64,000 nt of DNA from Melittangium boletus DSM 14713 (GCF_002305855.1 NZ_CP022163.1:6875765-6939764); one strand, 5' to 3'; positions 47,075-57,101 are shown, counted from the first letter of the stretch. Numbers and translations are program-made. Notes: generated by a model from the sequence alone, not told the origin.

Positions 47075-47574
47075 ACAGGTGGACACCCTGGGCGTGAGCG
47101 CGTACGACGTGTTGAAGATCGGGACGGTGTCCGGCTTGCCGCCCGGGACGTCTTTCGTCGACAGCGGCCTCTCCCCGAACACGGCCTACGCTTACGCCGT
47201 GCTCGCCCGCGACGCCCAGGACAATGCGTCGGCCCAGAGTTCGGCCGTGACGGGCAGTGGGCACCGTCCCCAATGTGCAGAGCACCGACGGCGAGGGCGG
47301 GCTAATGGGGCTGGCCCTCTCTCCCACCTTCTCCAGCGACCGCTGGCTGTACGTGATGCACACCTCCCCGACCGACAACCGCATCGTGCGCCTGCGGTAC
47401 GAGAACGGTGCCCTCGACACCGCCTCGCTCCAGGTGCTGGTTCGGGGGATCCTGCCCGTTTTAGTGGCTCTCCCGCCCTTTAGCTCCGTCGCATGCGGCT
47501 CGCCACCCGAATGGCGAGTACACGACGCGCAGACGCCAGCGTTTCACTCGTATAGGTCGCCCCAGCGCTCCTGA
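47075..47574 (+). pseudogene. decayed gene remnant: an FN3-like fragment and a glucose/sorbosone-dehydrogenase-like beta-propeller fragment joined by a one-nt frameshift
   Basis: Frame 1 reads YDVLKIGTVSGLPPGTSFVDSGLSPNTAYAYAVLARDAQDNASAQSSAVTGS. The +1 frame reads TVPNVQSTDGEGGLMGLALSPTFSSDRWLYVMHTSPTDNRIVRLRYENGALDTAS. There is no start codon and no full-length ORF. Confidence 0.45.
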
Positions 47575-50500
47575 GCGATCGCCAGCAGCCGGGCGTTCTC
47601 GGGCACGTGGGTGAGGAAATGCTCGCGGCGGACCGCGTCGGGAATGTCACTTGCCCGCTCGCGCACGCGCGCCATCGCCTTACGCAACACGGCCTCCGTG
47701 GCCTCCGCGTCTCCCTGGGCCAGGCACACCTCCACCAACGCCAGATAGGTTGGCACCGAATAGACACTCATTCCGCGCGACTCCATCCAGCGTACGCCGG
47801 CCTCCGCCTCCCGCCGCGCCTCGTCCATGCGGCCCTGGGTGAGCAGTGACGTGGACAGGAGCGCACAAGCGAAGCCCAGCACCGAGGGAAAGGGCTTCAG
47901 CACTCCACACGCCCCGCGCGCGAGCGCTTCCGCCTCCCGCGCATCGCCCAGGACGTTGAGCGCCCGCGCCGCCAGCATGGCGAGCAGTCCGTGGTTCACC
48001 GAGAAGAACGTCCCCCCCGCATCCACCGCCCGTGCCCTCTCCTGGGCCTCTCGCCGATGCTCGGGCAGTGGGCTGAACGTCAGTGCCTGCATCAAATAGA
48101 AGTGCGCCATCATGGACACGAACGGGTGCCCCGTGCGCTGGCCCCATGCCCATGACTCGCGCAGGAGCCGCACCGCCGTGAGGGACTCGCCCAGCTCCAA
48201 CCAATGCAATCCCACCGAGGCGCGAAACAGCGCGGCCCAGCGCTCCACTCCGAGCTCCTCGAAGTCCCTCTGGGCCGCCTCCGCCTTCAGCAGCGAGCTC
48301 CAGGGCTTCTCCTCGAGGATGATGCGCTGGCTCTCCAGCATTCCCAGGCTGGCACGGGCCGAGGTCGGCCGATCCATGAAGGGTTCACTCACCTCGCGCG
48401 CCCTCTCCACCAGCCGCGCCAATTGCTCGCGCTCGCCCGCCCAGTAGAAAGTGGCGCCCAATTGGGCCAGGGCCTCCAGATAGGCATTCACCGCGTCGGC
48501 TTCCGGCTCGGTGCTCAGCAGACGCGACGTCAGCCGCCAGGACGCCTCGGCGTGGCCCTCCATGGCCAGGCCCAACGCCAAGCCACTCAGGAGCCAGCAC
48601 CAGATCCGCTCCCCCGGCACCAGCGCGTCCAACACCGGGCCGCCGAGCTCCATCCCCCGGGGCGCGTGATCCATCCAGAACGCCGCCAGTGCCTCGAGCG
48701 CACGCAACCGCGGAAGGGCCTCGCCGCTCACCCCACACGCCACGGCCGCCTCCACGCAGCGCATCGTGCCCTGCCGGTCGCCACGCTCGAAGAGCCGCTC
48801 GACGGCCTGGATGTAGAAGGAGGCGGCTCGCTCGGCGCGCTGCCCGAGCTGGTAATGCGTCGCGATCTCCTCCGCGTCCGGCTCGCCCATGCGCTCCAGC
48901 CACGCCCCCGCCAATTGGTGGCCCGGTGTGCGGTGCGTCTCGGCGAGCAGCCCGTAGGCCGCGTCCCGCACCAGGGCATGCCGGAAGCGGTACTCGGGCT
49001 CGGAGGAGAAACGGCTGTCGGGGACGGACTCGATGACTTCCTCCTCCACGAGCAGCCGCAGGTGCGTCTTCACCTCCGCGTCGCCGGGCGCGCGCCCCAA
49101 CAGTTCGCACACCCCACCTGGCCAGAACGCCCGCCCGAAGAGGCTCGCCACCAGCAGGGTGTGCCGGACCCCGGGCTCCATGCGCAACAGGCGCGCCTGG
49201 AGCACCGCCAGCACCGTCTCGGGGGCCTTGTCTCCCCGGCCCTCCGCCACCATGCGGATGAGTTCCTCCAGGAACAGGGCGTTGCCGTCCGAGTGCTCCA
49301 CCGTCCGCCGCACCTCGGATTCGGGCACGTCGGCGCCCAGCACCTCTCGCACCAGCCGCGCGCACGCCTTGCGGCTCAGGCCGTTGAGCGACAGTTCCTG
49401 CAGCATGCGTCCCCAGAGGCTCGGATAGAGGTGCTTCACCTCGGGCCGCGCCAGGGCCAGCACCAGGAAGGGCCGCTCGCTCAGCTCGCGCAGGAGCCGA
49501 TCCACCAGCGTCACCGTCAGCGCGTCGCTCCAGTGCAGATCCTCGAGCACCAGCAGCACGGGCGTCCGCGCGCACTCGGCGTCCAGCAGCGTCACCAGCG
49601 CGCGGCCCAGCTGGACACTCATGAGCTGGGGCTCCTGGCGCGCGGCCCTCAAACGGGGGCGATCCTCGTCCGGGAAGGGAACCGCGCACAGCTCGCCCAG
49701 GAACTCGGCCACCTCGCGCGCCTGGGCCTCCGGCACGTGCCGGGCCACGTGCTGGCTCAGCCGGGCCCGCCGCGATTCCAGGGATTCGCCCTCGACCACG
49801 CCGCACCACTCGCGCAGCGCCTGTCCCAGCAGTCCGTACGAGGCCCCCTTGTGCATCGCGTCCCCCCGGGCCAGCAGGACCCGGGGCGGATGGAACGCGT
49901 GCTCCACCCGGCGCAGGAACTCGTGCCGCAGCCGAGATTTGCCCACGCCCGCCGCCGCCGTCACCAACAGCGCCCGCGCACTGGACTCCTCACGGCACGT
50001 GGCGAAGCAGGACTCGAGCAGCGCCAATTCCTGCTCCCGGCCCACGCACGGGGTGGGCTTGCCGAGCAGCGGCCGTGACGTGTCGGCGCCTCCGTGCTCG
50101 TCGCGCAGCAGGAAGGACCCCGAGCCCGAGGGCGTCAGCCCGAATCCCGGACCGAGCAGTCCCGCCGTCACCTCGTCCATGACGACGGAGGACGAAGGCT
50201 CCCGCTCCATCCGCCGCAAGAGCTGGCCCGCCTTGTCCATGGCATCGCCCACCGGCAGGTGCGCGTCGAGCACGCCGAGCCCTGTCACCAGCGCCACCGA
50301 CGCCCTGGGCCAGCGCTCCTTGACGCCCAGGGCACATCGGGCCGCCAGTGCCGCCTGGTCCGTGGCCGTGCCCCGTCCGGGCACGAGCGTGGCCACCCAC
50401 GAGCCATCCGCCAGCCGTTCCACCCGTCCTCCCCGGGGCACGAGCAGGGCGCGCAGAATCTCGTGGGGGCTTGCCTCGCCCGAGGATTCCGGGCGCGATG

Positions 50501-51503
50501 AGTCCACCCGCGGCGACATGAGCAGGACACTGACGAGTTGCCGCTCCGCGCCCGTGAAGCTCGGCATCCGGGGCCTCTCCGGCACACCGGACGGCGGCTG
50601 CTCCAACGCCAGGGACTCCAGGGCCGCGAGCAGCTCCGTGGCATCGGCGGGTCGCTGTCCAGGCACCTTGGCCAGCATCCGCGTCACGAGCGTCTCCCAC
50701 GCTCCGGACAACTCCGGGCGTAACGCGCGGAGAGGGACGGGCTCGGCGAAGAGAATCTTGGCCAGGGAGGCGGCGAAGTGCGGCGCCTCGAACGGGGGCC
50801 GCCCCGTGAGGCACTCGTACAGCACGCACCCCAATGAGAAGATGTCCGCGGCGGGCGGTATCTCCGGCTGGCTCGAGGCCTGTTCGGGTGCCATGTAGCC
50901 CGGTGTGCCCACCACGGTGTGACTGCGCGTCACTCCCATGCGCGTGGAGTGGGCGTGCCGGGCCAGTCCGAAGTCCAGGATGACCACGTCCTCGGCTCTC
51001 CCACCGCGCAGGAAGAGGTTGGAGGGTTTGAGGTCGCGGTGGACGATGCCTCGCTGGTGCGCATGCGCCAACGCCTCGGCCACGCGCCGCACCAGCGCCA
51101 GGCTCTCGGCGATACTCAAGGGCTGGCGCGCCAGCCGCCGCGCCAACTCCTCGCCCTCCAGCCACTCCATGACCAGGTAGGACTGTCCCTGCTCCGTGGC
51201 TCCGTGGGCCACGTGCGCCACCAGGCCCGGATGGCGCAGCGACGACAGGAGCGTGGCTTCCCGGTGGAAGCGGTAGAGCGCGTCCTGCGCGGGCGTGCCG
51301 TGCAGCAGCTTGAGCGCCACGCGCTGGCCCGTCTGCTCGTCCCTCGCCCGGTAGACCTGCCCCATGCCCCCGCGTCCCGCAAGGGCCTCGACCGCGAAGC
51401 GCTCGTCGACGAGCGTCCCAGGGGACAATCCCCCCAGGGAAGGAGCGGAAGGCGTCGTCTCGACGTCCTCCTGCCGCTTGTTGTCATTCATGATGGACGT
51501 CAT
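47544..51503 (-). CDS. serine/threonine protein kinase fused to an AAA/STAND NTPase and TPR-like repeats
   Basis: Hanks kinase motifs (VALKLL, HRDLKPSN, DFGLA, GTPGYMAPE), a Walker A motif (AAGVGKS), and C-terminal helical repeats. About 1320 aa. The start is ambiguous between Mets at 51512 and 51503. Confidence 0.8.
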   Translation of the reverse strand: MTSIMNDNKRQEDVETTPSAPSLGGLSPGTLVDERFAVEALAGRGGMGQVYRARDEQTGQRVALKLLHGTPAQDALYRFHREATLLSSLRHPGLVAHVAHGATEQGQSYLVMEWLEGEELARRLARQPLSIAESLALVRRVAEALAHAHQRGIVHRDLKPSNLFLRGGRAEDVVILDFGLARHAHSTRMGVTRSHTVVGTPGYMAPEQASSQPEIPPAADIFSLGCVLYECLTGRPPFEAPHFAASLAKILFAEPVPLRALRPELSGAWETLVTRMLAKVPGQRPADATELLAALESLALEQPPSGVPERPRMPSFTGAERQLVSVLLMSPRVDSSRPESSGEASPHEILRALLVPRGGRVERLADGSWVATLVPGRGTATDQAALAARCALGVKERWPRASVALVTGLGVLDAHLPVGDAMDKAGQLLRRMEREPSSSVVMDEVTAGLLGPGFGLTPSGSGSFLLRDEHGGADTSRPLLGKPTPCVGREQELALLESCFATCREESSARALLVTAAAGVGKSRLRHEFLRRVEHAFHPPRVLLARGDAMHKGASYGLLGQALREWCGVVEGESLESRRARLSQHVARHVPEAQAREVAEFLGELCAVPFPDEDRPRLRAARQEPQLMSVQLGRALVTLLDAECARTPVLLVLEDLHWSDALTVTLVDRLLRELSERPFLVLALARPEVKHLYPSLWGRMLQELSLNGLSRKACARLVREVLGADVPESEVRRTVEHSDGNALFLEELIRMVAEGRGDKAPETVLAVLQARLLRMEPGVRHTLLVASLFGRAFWPGGVCELLGRAPGDAEVKTHLRLLVEEEVIESVPDSRFSSEPEYRFRHALVRDAAYGLLAETHRTPGHQLAGAWLERMGEPDAEEIATHYQLGQRAERAASFYIQAVERLFERGDRQGTMRCVEAAVACGVSGEALPRLRALEALAAFWMDHAPRGMELGGPVLDALVPGERIWCWLLSGLALGLAMEGHAEASWRLTSRLLSTEPEADAVNAYLEALAQLGATFYWAGEREQLARLVERAREVSEPFMDRPTSARASLGMLESQRIILEEKPWSSLLKAEAAQRDFEELGVERWAALFRASVGLHWLELGESLTAVRLLRESWAWGQRTGHPFVSMMAHFYLMQALTFSPLPEHRREAQERARAVDAGGTFFSVNHGLLAMLAARALNVLGDAREAEALARGACGVLKPFPSVLGFACALLSTSLLTQGRMDEARREAEAGVRWMESRGMSVYSVPTYLALVEVCLAQGDAEATEAVLRKAMARVRERASDIPDAVRREHFLTHVPENARLLAIAQERWGDLYE

Positions 51504-51806
51504 GACTCCCATCGGCCGGGGCGCGGACCCGCCGCGCACGCTCCTGGACGATGCAGCCCGCAACCTATCACAGGCGTCTCTCCCTGGCGGTGTCACCGGG
51601 AGCGGGTCGGCGTCTCGGGCAACGCCAGAGTTCGATGTCGTCCGCCTCGAACGCCCGGGCTTCCTTCGCCGTGAGCAGCCTCACGGTGGGGATTCACTCG
51701 CGGCCCGCAGCGCACCGGCCGGCGCTCGTGCAATGCAGCGGTGAAGTCTCCGAGAATGGCGAGGGTCCGTGCGCCGACCCGCGCATCGGATTACGAAGGG
51801 GGCACC

Positions 51807-53126
51807 ATGAAATCGCCTTCCCTCCTTCCGCTCGGCCTCGCCGCGCTGCTGTGGATGCCCGGCGCCGCGCGGGCCGCGAACGATCCCGCCCCGGTGCTCG
51901 CGGGCCTCGACCCGCTCTCTCCCGAACTGACGGCCTTCTACCGGGACCTGCACCAGAACCCCGAGCTGTCCCTGCACGAGGAGAAGACGGCGGGAAAGCT
52001 CGCCGAGCGCATGCGCAAGCTCGGCTTCGAGGTGACCCAGAAGGTTGGCGGGCACGGCGTGGTGGCCGTGCTGCGCAATGGCAAGGGCCCCACGGTGCTG
52101 CTGCGCACCGACATGGACGCCCTGCCGGTGGAGGAGAAGACGGGGCTGCCTTATGCCAGCCGGGTGAAGATGACGGACGCGGGCGGCCAGAGCGTGCCCG
52201 TCATGCACGCCTGTGGACACGACGTGCACATGACGGCCTGGCTGGGGACCGCCACGCTGCTCTCGCGCGCGAAGGAGCGCTGGCGCGGCACGCTCGTGAT
52301 GGTGGGCCAGCCCGCCGAGGAGCCTGGCAGTGGGGCGAAGCGGATGCTCGAGGACGGCCTCTTCCAGCGCTTTCCCCGGCCCGACTTCGCCCTCGCCCTG
52401 CATGACCTGGCCACCGCGCCCTCGGGCACGGTCGAGTACGTGCCGGGCTATGCCTTGGCGAACGTGGACTCGGTGGACATCACGCTCCACGGCAAGGGCG
52501 GGCATGGTGCCTTCCCGAACGCCACGGTGGATCCCATCGTGCTCGCGGCCCGCACCGTCCTCGCGCTGCAGGCGATCGTGAGCCGGGAGAAGTCACCCCT
52601 CGAGCCCGCGGTCATCTCGGTGGGGTCCATTCACGGCGGCACCCAGCACAACATCATTCCGGATCAGGTGAAGTTGCAGCTCACGGTGCGCAGCTTCAAG
52701 CCCGAGGTGCGCAAGCAACTGCTCGCGTCCATCGAGCGCGTGGTGAAGGCCGAGGCCCAGGTATCCGGGGCGCCGCGCGAGCCCGAAGTGGTCGTCACCG
52801 GAGGCATGTCCGCCACCTACAACGATCCGGAGCTGACGAAGCGGCTGGTGGGGGCGGTCACCCGGGTGCTCGGGGCCGCGAACGTGCGCGAGAGCCAGCC
52901 CCTCATGGGCGGCGAGGACTTCTCCGCCTATGGCCTCGCGGGAGTCCCCTCCTCAATGCTGTGGTTGGGCGCGGTGGAGCCCAAGCGCCATGCGCGGGCG
53001 ACAGCCGCGGGTGAGTCCCTGCCATCCCTGCACTCCGGCCTCTTCGCGCCCGACGCGGAGCGCACGGTGCGCACGGGCGTCACCGCGCTGACCACGGCGG
53101 CCCTGGAATTGCTGGGCACGCCGTAG
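51807..53126 (+). CDS. M20D family amidohydrolase (hippurate hydrolase-like) with signal peptide
   Basis: HACGHD metal-binding motif and the GQPAEE and GGEDF motifs. Signal peptide LLPLGLAALLWMPGAARA. Confidence 0.8.
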   Translation: MKSPSLLPLGLAALLWMPGAARAANDPAPVLAGLDPLSPELTAFYRDLHQNPELSLHEEKTAGKLAERMRKLGFEVTQKVGGHGVVAVLRNGKGPTVLLRTDMDALPVEEKTGLPYASRVKMTDAGGQSVPVMHACGHDVHMTAWLGTATLLSRAKERWRGTLVMVGQPAEEPGSGAKRMLEDGLFQRFPRPDFALALHDLATAPSGTVEYVPGYALANVDSVDITLHGKGGHGAFPNATVDPIVLAARTVLALQAIVSREKSPLEPAVISVGSIHGGTQHNIIPDQVKLQLTVRSFKPEVRKQLLASIERVVKAEAQVSGAPREPEVVVTGGMSATYNDPELTKRLVGAVTRVLGAANVRESQPLMGGEDFSAYGLAGVPSSMLWLGAVEPKRHARATAAGESLPSLHSGLFAPDAERTVRTGVTALTTAALELLGTP

Positions 53127-53154
53127 CGCCACGTGGGTCGGGGAGGGGAGGGGC

Positions 53155-53568
53155 TCAATCGCTCGCCAGGAGCGGTCCGACGAGCAACTCCTCCGACGTC
53201 TGGGGCTCCCCGAGACTCCGGCTCTGTCCGCCTCCTTCGTAGGGGTACACCAGGAACAGCGAGGAGGCGCGTGTCTCGACCTGGATGCCCATGCCGGACT
53301 CACTTCCGGATTCGAGCGTGGTGACGAGCGCGATCGCCCCGATGCCGCCCGAGGCGATGCAGCGCTCGAGGTGCGTGAGGGTGGCCTCGAGCAGTTCGTC
53401 CCAGGAGGCGCGTGGCAGGGCGTCCCTGGGAAAATAGGTTCGTGGATGGTCGCCCGCCGGATCAAGGGTCAGCCCGAACGGGAGCACGGAGCCCTGCTTG
53501 CGCAGCAGGAGCAGGCCCGCCTCCTTGGCCACGTGCAGCGCCTTCTTCAGCAACTCTTCATCGTTCAT
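53155..53568 (-). CDS. hypothetical protein
   Basis: 137-aa ORF with high GC3 and no recognised family. The start is set at the Met of MNDEELLKK. Confidence 0.4.
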   Translation of the reverse strand: MNDEELLKKALHVAKEAGLLLLRKQGSVLPFGLTLDPAGDHPRTYFPRDALPRASWDELLEATLTHLERCIASGGIGAIALVTTLESGSESGMGIQVETRASSLFLVYPYEGGGQSRSLGEPQTSEELLVGPLLASD

Positions 53569-53666
53569 TCTCCAGGAAGGATGCCCTCGCGCCGTGTCGG
53601 AGCGCCATCCAGAACTGGATGGGCGCTTGCTCCCATCCCGGCCATTGGATTGAATCCGATGCCCCC

Positions 53667-54200
53667 ATGAGCACGGAGCCACGGATCGAGGAAGTGAGCG
53701 CGGAGGCCCTGGACCTGGAACTTCTCGCGCTGGCCGATGTGCTCCATGCGAGTGTCCAGGATGGAGCCAGCGTGGGCTTCGTCCTGCCCTTCTCCGTGGA
53801 TGCGGCGAGCGACTTCTGGTGCCGGGTGCGGCCCGCGCTCCAGACGGGGGCCCGGCGCCTGTTCGTCGCCCGGTGGGAAGGCCGCGTGGTCGGCACCGTG
53901 CAGTTGGTCCTCGACACTCCTCCCAATGGCAGGCACCGCGCGGAGATCGCGAAGATGCTCGTGCATCCGGCGGCGCGCCGGCGCGGCATCGCTCGGGCCC
54001 TGATGCTGCGCGCGGAAGACGAAGCGCGCCGCGCCGGACGGAGTCTGCTGGTGCTCGACACCGTGCCGGGAAACGCGTCGGAGCGGCTCTACCGCTCGCT
54101 GGGATTCCAGGTCACCGGCATGGTGCCGGAGTACGCCTGCTCCATTCATGGGGCGCTGGAGCCCTCCCTGTTCATGCACAAGTCGCTGCGCGACGCTTGA
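53667..54200 (+). CDS. GNAT family N-acetyltransferase
   Basis: Acetyl-CoA binding motif (HPAARRRGIARALM). 177 aa. Confidence 0.75.
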   Translation: MSTEPRIEEVSAEALDLELLALADVLHASVQDGASVGFVLPFSVDAASDFWCRVRPALQTGARRLFVARWEGRVVGTVQLVLDTPPNGRHRAEIAKMLVHPAARRRGIARALMLRAEDEARRAGRSLLVLDTVPGNASERLYRSLGFQVTGMVPEYACSIHGALEPSLFMHKSLRDA

Positions 54201-54327
54201 CCTGGACGTGTCGACGCGAGGGGAGGGCACAAGGTTGTGGCACCAACGGTGTCCATGGCGACCGTTGGGGTGGTGTGAGTCTGGCCAGCGCTCGACAGCG
54301 CGCTCGCGGCATGCGACATGCCAGACC

Positions 54328-55722
54328 ATGGACGCACTGCCTCGAACGGCAGCCCCGGCTCCGCCCTCCCTGGGGCTGTTCCGCCTGACCTGGCCCATCT
54401 TCCTGGAACTGCTGCTGTTCATGCTGATGGGCACGTCGGACACGCTCATGCTCAGCGGCGTCTCGGACGAGGCCGTCTCCGCGGTGGGCGTGGTCAATCA
54501 GTACATCTCGCTGTGCATCCTCATCATGAACGTCGTCAGCCACGGCTCCTCCGTCGTCGTGGCGCAGTACCTCGGAGCGGGCAGGAGCCCCGAGGCCGCC
54601 CGGATCTCGGCCCTGGCCATCACGATGAACCTGCTGCTCGGGCTCGTGGTGAGCGCGGTGCTGTTGTCGCTCGGCGACCTCATCTTGAGCCACATGAACC
54701 TGCGGGGCGCCCTGCTGGGGCACGCGCGGGCGTACATTCGCATCGCGGGCGGGTTCATCTTCCTGCAGGCCCTCATCAACGTCATCTCCGCGCTCATCCG
54801 CACCTACGGCTTCACGCGGCAATCCATGTACGTGTCCCTGGGCATGAACGTGCTCCACGTGGCGTGCAATTACGCGCTCATCTTCGGCCACTTCGGCCTG
54901 CCCCGGCTGGGCGTGACGGGAGCGGCGGTGTCCACGGGGGTGAGCCGGGCCACCGCGCTCGTCGTCTTCGTGTGGATGCTCTACCGGGTGATGGACGTGC
55001 GGATGGTGGCGCGCGACTACGTGACGTTCTCGCGGGAGTACATCCGAAAAATCCTGAGGGTGGGTGTTCCCGCCGCCGTCGAGCAGCTCACCTATCACTC
55101 TTGCCAGACGGTGTTCCTGTACTACGTCACGTTCCTCGGGCCCACGGCCCTGGCGTCCCGGCAGTACGCCATGGCCATTTCCCAGTATGTCTTCCTGTTC
55201 AGTCTGGCGATTGGAATGGGGACGGCCATCGTGGTGGGGCGGATGGTGGGGGCGCTCCGGCCGGATGACGCCTACCGGCGGGCCCTGGAGAGCTTGAAGT
55301 GGGCGGTGGCCATCACCGTGCTGGTGGACCTGCTCGTCATCCTGCTGCGCCTGCCACTGGTGGGCCTGTTCACGGCCAATGCGGACATCCTCCAGCTCAC
55401 CTCGCGGGTCATCCTGCTGAGCCTGCTGCTGGAGTCCGGACGCTCCTTCAATCTTGTCCTGGTCAACGCCCTGCGCGCCGCCGGGGATGCGCGGTTCACC
55501 GTCTACATGGCCTTCACCTCCATGGTCTGCATGAGCCTGCCCCTGGGCTACCTGCTCGTCTTCCGCCTGGAATGGGGACTGCCCGGCATCTGGCTCGCGA
55601 TCGCGGCGGACGAGTGGATGCGCGGCCTCGTCTTCTGGTACCGGTGGAAGAGCCGGGCGTGGGAAAGGCAATCGCTCGTCGCGCCCCAGGAGGAGCGCGT
55701 CACGGTGGCACTCGGCGGGTGA
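54328..55722 (+). CDS. MATE family efflux transporter
   Basis: Twelve TM helices and a two-fold repeat. Confidence 0.8.
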   Translation: MDALPRTAAPAPPSLGLFRLTWPIFLELLLFMLMGTSDTLMLSGVSDEAVSAVGVVNQYISLCILIMNVVSHGSSVVVAQYLGAGRSPEAARISALAITMNLLLGLVVSAVLLSLGDLILSHMNLRGALLGHARAYIRIAGGFIFLQALINVISALIRTYGFTRQSMYVSLGMNVLHVACNYALIFGHFGLPRLGVTGAAVSTGVSRATALVVFVWMLYRVMDVRMVARDYVTFSREYIRKILRVGVPAAVEQLTYHSCQTVFLYYVTFLGPTALASRQYAMAISQYVFLFSLAIGMGTAIVVGRMVGALRPDDAYRRALESLKWAVAITVLVDLLVILLRLPLVGLFTANADILQLTSRVILLSLLLESGRSFNLVLVNALRAAGDARFTVYMAFTSMVCMSLPLGYLLVFRLEWGLPGIWLAIAADEWMRGLVFWYRWKSRAWERQSLVAPQEERVTVALGG

Positions 55723-55769
55723 CCCACGGCGGGCGGCACGCTGGCCGCACGCCAGCGAACCCTCCTGGC

Positions 55770-56954
55770 TTATTGCAGCGCCTCGGCTGGGCCGAAGAAT
55801 TCGTAGTGGCACTGTGCCGGCGGCACGCCCAGTTCGTGCAGCATGCGCTTGATGCAGGCCATGAACGGCTTGGGTCCCAGGAAGTGGACCTCCGCATCGC
55901 CATGGGCGGGCAACCACTGGCGCAGATGCTCCAGCGTCGGTCGGCCTACCGCGTCGGGCTGGCGCGCTTCGGTCGGATCGACGTGCTCGTAGACGGTACG
56001 CACCTGGAGGTTCGGGCGCTGCGTCGTCCAGGTCCGCAGCGTGTCGGCGAAGGCATGCACCTGTGCGTTGCGCGCGTAGTGGATGAACGTGATCGGGCGA
56101 GCTTTCGGCAGCGAGCTCTCCAGCATCGCCAGGGTCGGGGTGATGCCGACGCCGGCGCTGATCAACACCAGCGGCTTGTCGCTGGGCCGCAGCACGAACT
56201 CGCCCGAGGGCGGAAAGACCGTCAGCTCGTGGCCCGGTGCCACCGCGTCATGCAGGTAGTTGGACGCCTTGCCGCCGGGCTCGCGCTTGACGCTGATGCG
56301 GTAGCTGCGGCCGTTGGGCGCGGCCGACAGCGAATAGGTGCGGCGGATCTCCTCACCGTCCACCCACAATCGCAGGCCGATGTACTGGCCCGGCTGGAAG
56401 TCGGCGACCGCGCCCCCGTCCACCGGCGCGAGGTGGAACGAGGTGATCTCCGCGCTCTCGCGCACCTTGTTCGCTACGCGGAAGGCGCGTCCGCCGCGCC
56501 ATCCACCCGGGGAGGCCGCCTTGGCGTCGTAGGCGGCCGACTCGGCCTGGATCAGCAGTTGCGCCAGCTGTGCATAGGCGGCGCTCCAGGCATCGATCAC
56601 CTCGTCGGTGGCCACCTGTGGGCCCAGGACCTCGCGGATCGCGCGCAGCAGGCAGGTACCGACGATGGGATAATGCTCGGGCTGGATCTGCAGGGCGACG
56701 TGCTTGTTGACGATGCGCGAGGCCAGCGGGCCCAGGGCTTCGAGCCGGTCGATGTGGCGGGCGTAGGTCAACACGCCGTCGGCCAGCGCGCGCGGCTGCG
56801 CCCCGCTGGCCTGGTGGGCCTGGTTGAACAGCGGCCGCACCTGGGGGTACTCGCGCAGCATCAGCTGGTAGAAGTGGGTGGTGAGGGCTTCGCCGCCGGT
56901 TTCCAGCAGCGGGACGGTGGCGCGGATCTGGGCGCGCTGGGCTTCGCTCAACAT
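55770..56954 (-). CDS. hmp: flavohemoprotein (nitric oxide dioxygenase)
   Basis: Alignment from memory to E. coli Hmp along the whole length: globin domain (HFYQLM), FAD motif (RTYSLS), NAD motif (GVGITP), and C-terminal HYEFFGP. Confidence 0.9.
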   Translation of the reverse strand: MLSEAQRAQIRATVPLLETGGEALTTHFYQLMLREYPQVRPLFNQAHQASGAQPRALADGVLTYARHIDRLEALGPLASRIVNKHVALQIQPEHYPIVGTCLLRAIREVLGPQVATDEVIDAWSAAYAQLAQLLIQAESAAYDAKAASPGGWRGGRAFRVANKVRESAEITSFHLAPVDGGAVADFQPGQYIGLRLWVDGEEIRRTYSLSAAPNGRSYRISVKREPGGKASNYLHDAVAPGHELTVFPPSGEFVLRPSDKPLVLISAGVGITPTLAMLESSLPKARPITFIHYARNAQVHAFADTLRTWTTQRPNLQVRTVYEHVDPTEARQPDAVGRPTLEHLRQWLPAHGDAEVHFLGPKPFMACIKRMLHELGVPPAQCHYEFFGPAEALQ

Positions 56955-56989
56955 GGTGGGGGACCTCCCTGTGATGTCACCCCATGCAG

Positions 56990-57005
56990 AGCAATCCCGA
57001 TGCCA
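56990..57005 (-). promoter_or_regulatory. sigma54 promoter for hmp (TGGCAT-N5-TTGCT on the minus strand)
   Basis: Matches the -24/-12 consensus TGGCAC-N5-TTGCW. It lies about 35 nt upstream of the hmp ATG. The neighbour is a sigma54 enhancer-binding protein (NorR). Confidence 0.55.
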
Positions 57006-57047
57006 TGCCACGCCCCTCGTGGATCGACGAGAGAGGTGCGCGCGAGG

Positions 57048-57101
57048 GTCATTCTGACGCGTCATAATGACCGCACCCCCTCACCCGGCGGTCATGATGA
57101 C
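57048..57101. promoter_or_regulatory. three tandem NorR-type enhancer boxes (GTCATTCTGAC, GTCATAATGAC, GTCATGATGAC; GT-N7-AC palindromes)
   Basis: Perfect GTCA-N3-TGAC palindromes at 57048-57058, 57061-57071 and 57091-57101. The third overlaps the norR start codon. Confidence 0.55.

Noticed and set aside
48204-50078. 624-aa plus-strand ORF inside the Ser/Thr kinase locus
   Set aside because: Antisense to a gene with unambiguous Hanks-kinase and Walker motifs. Low-complexity translation.
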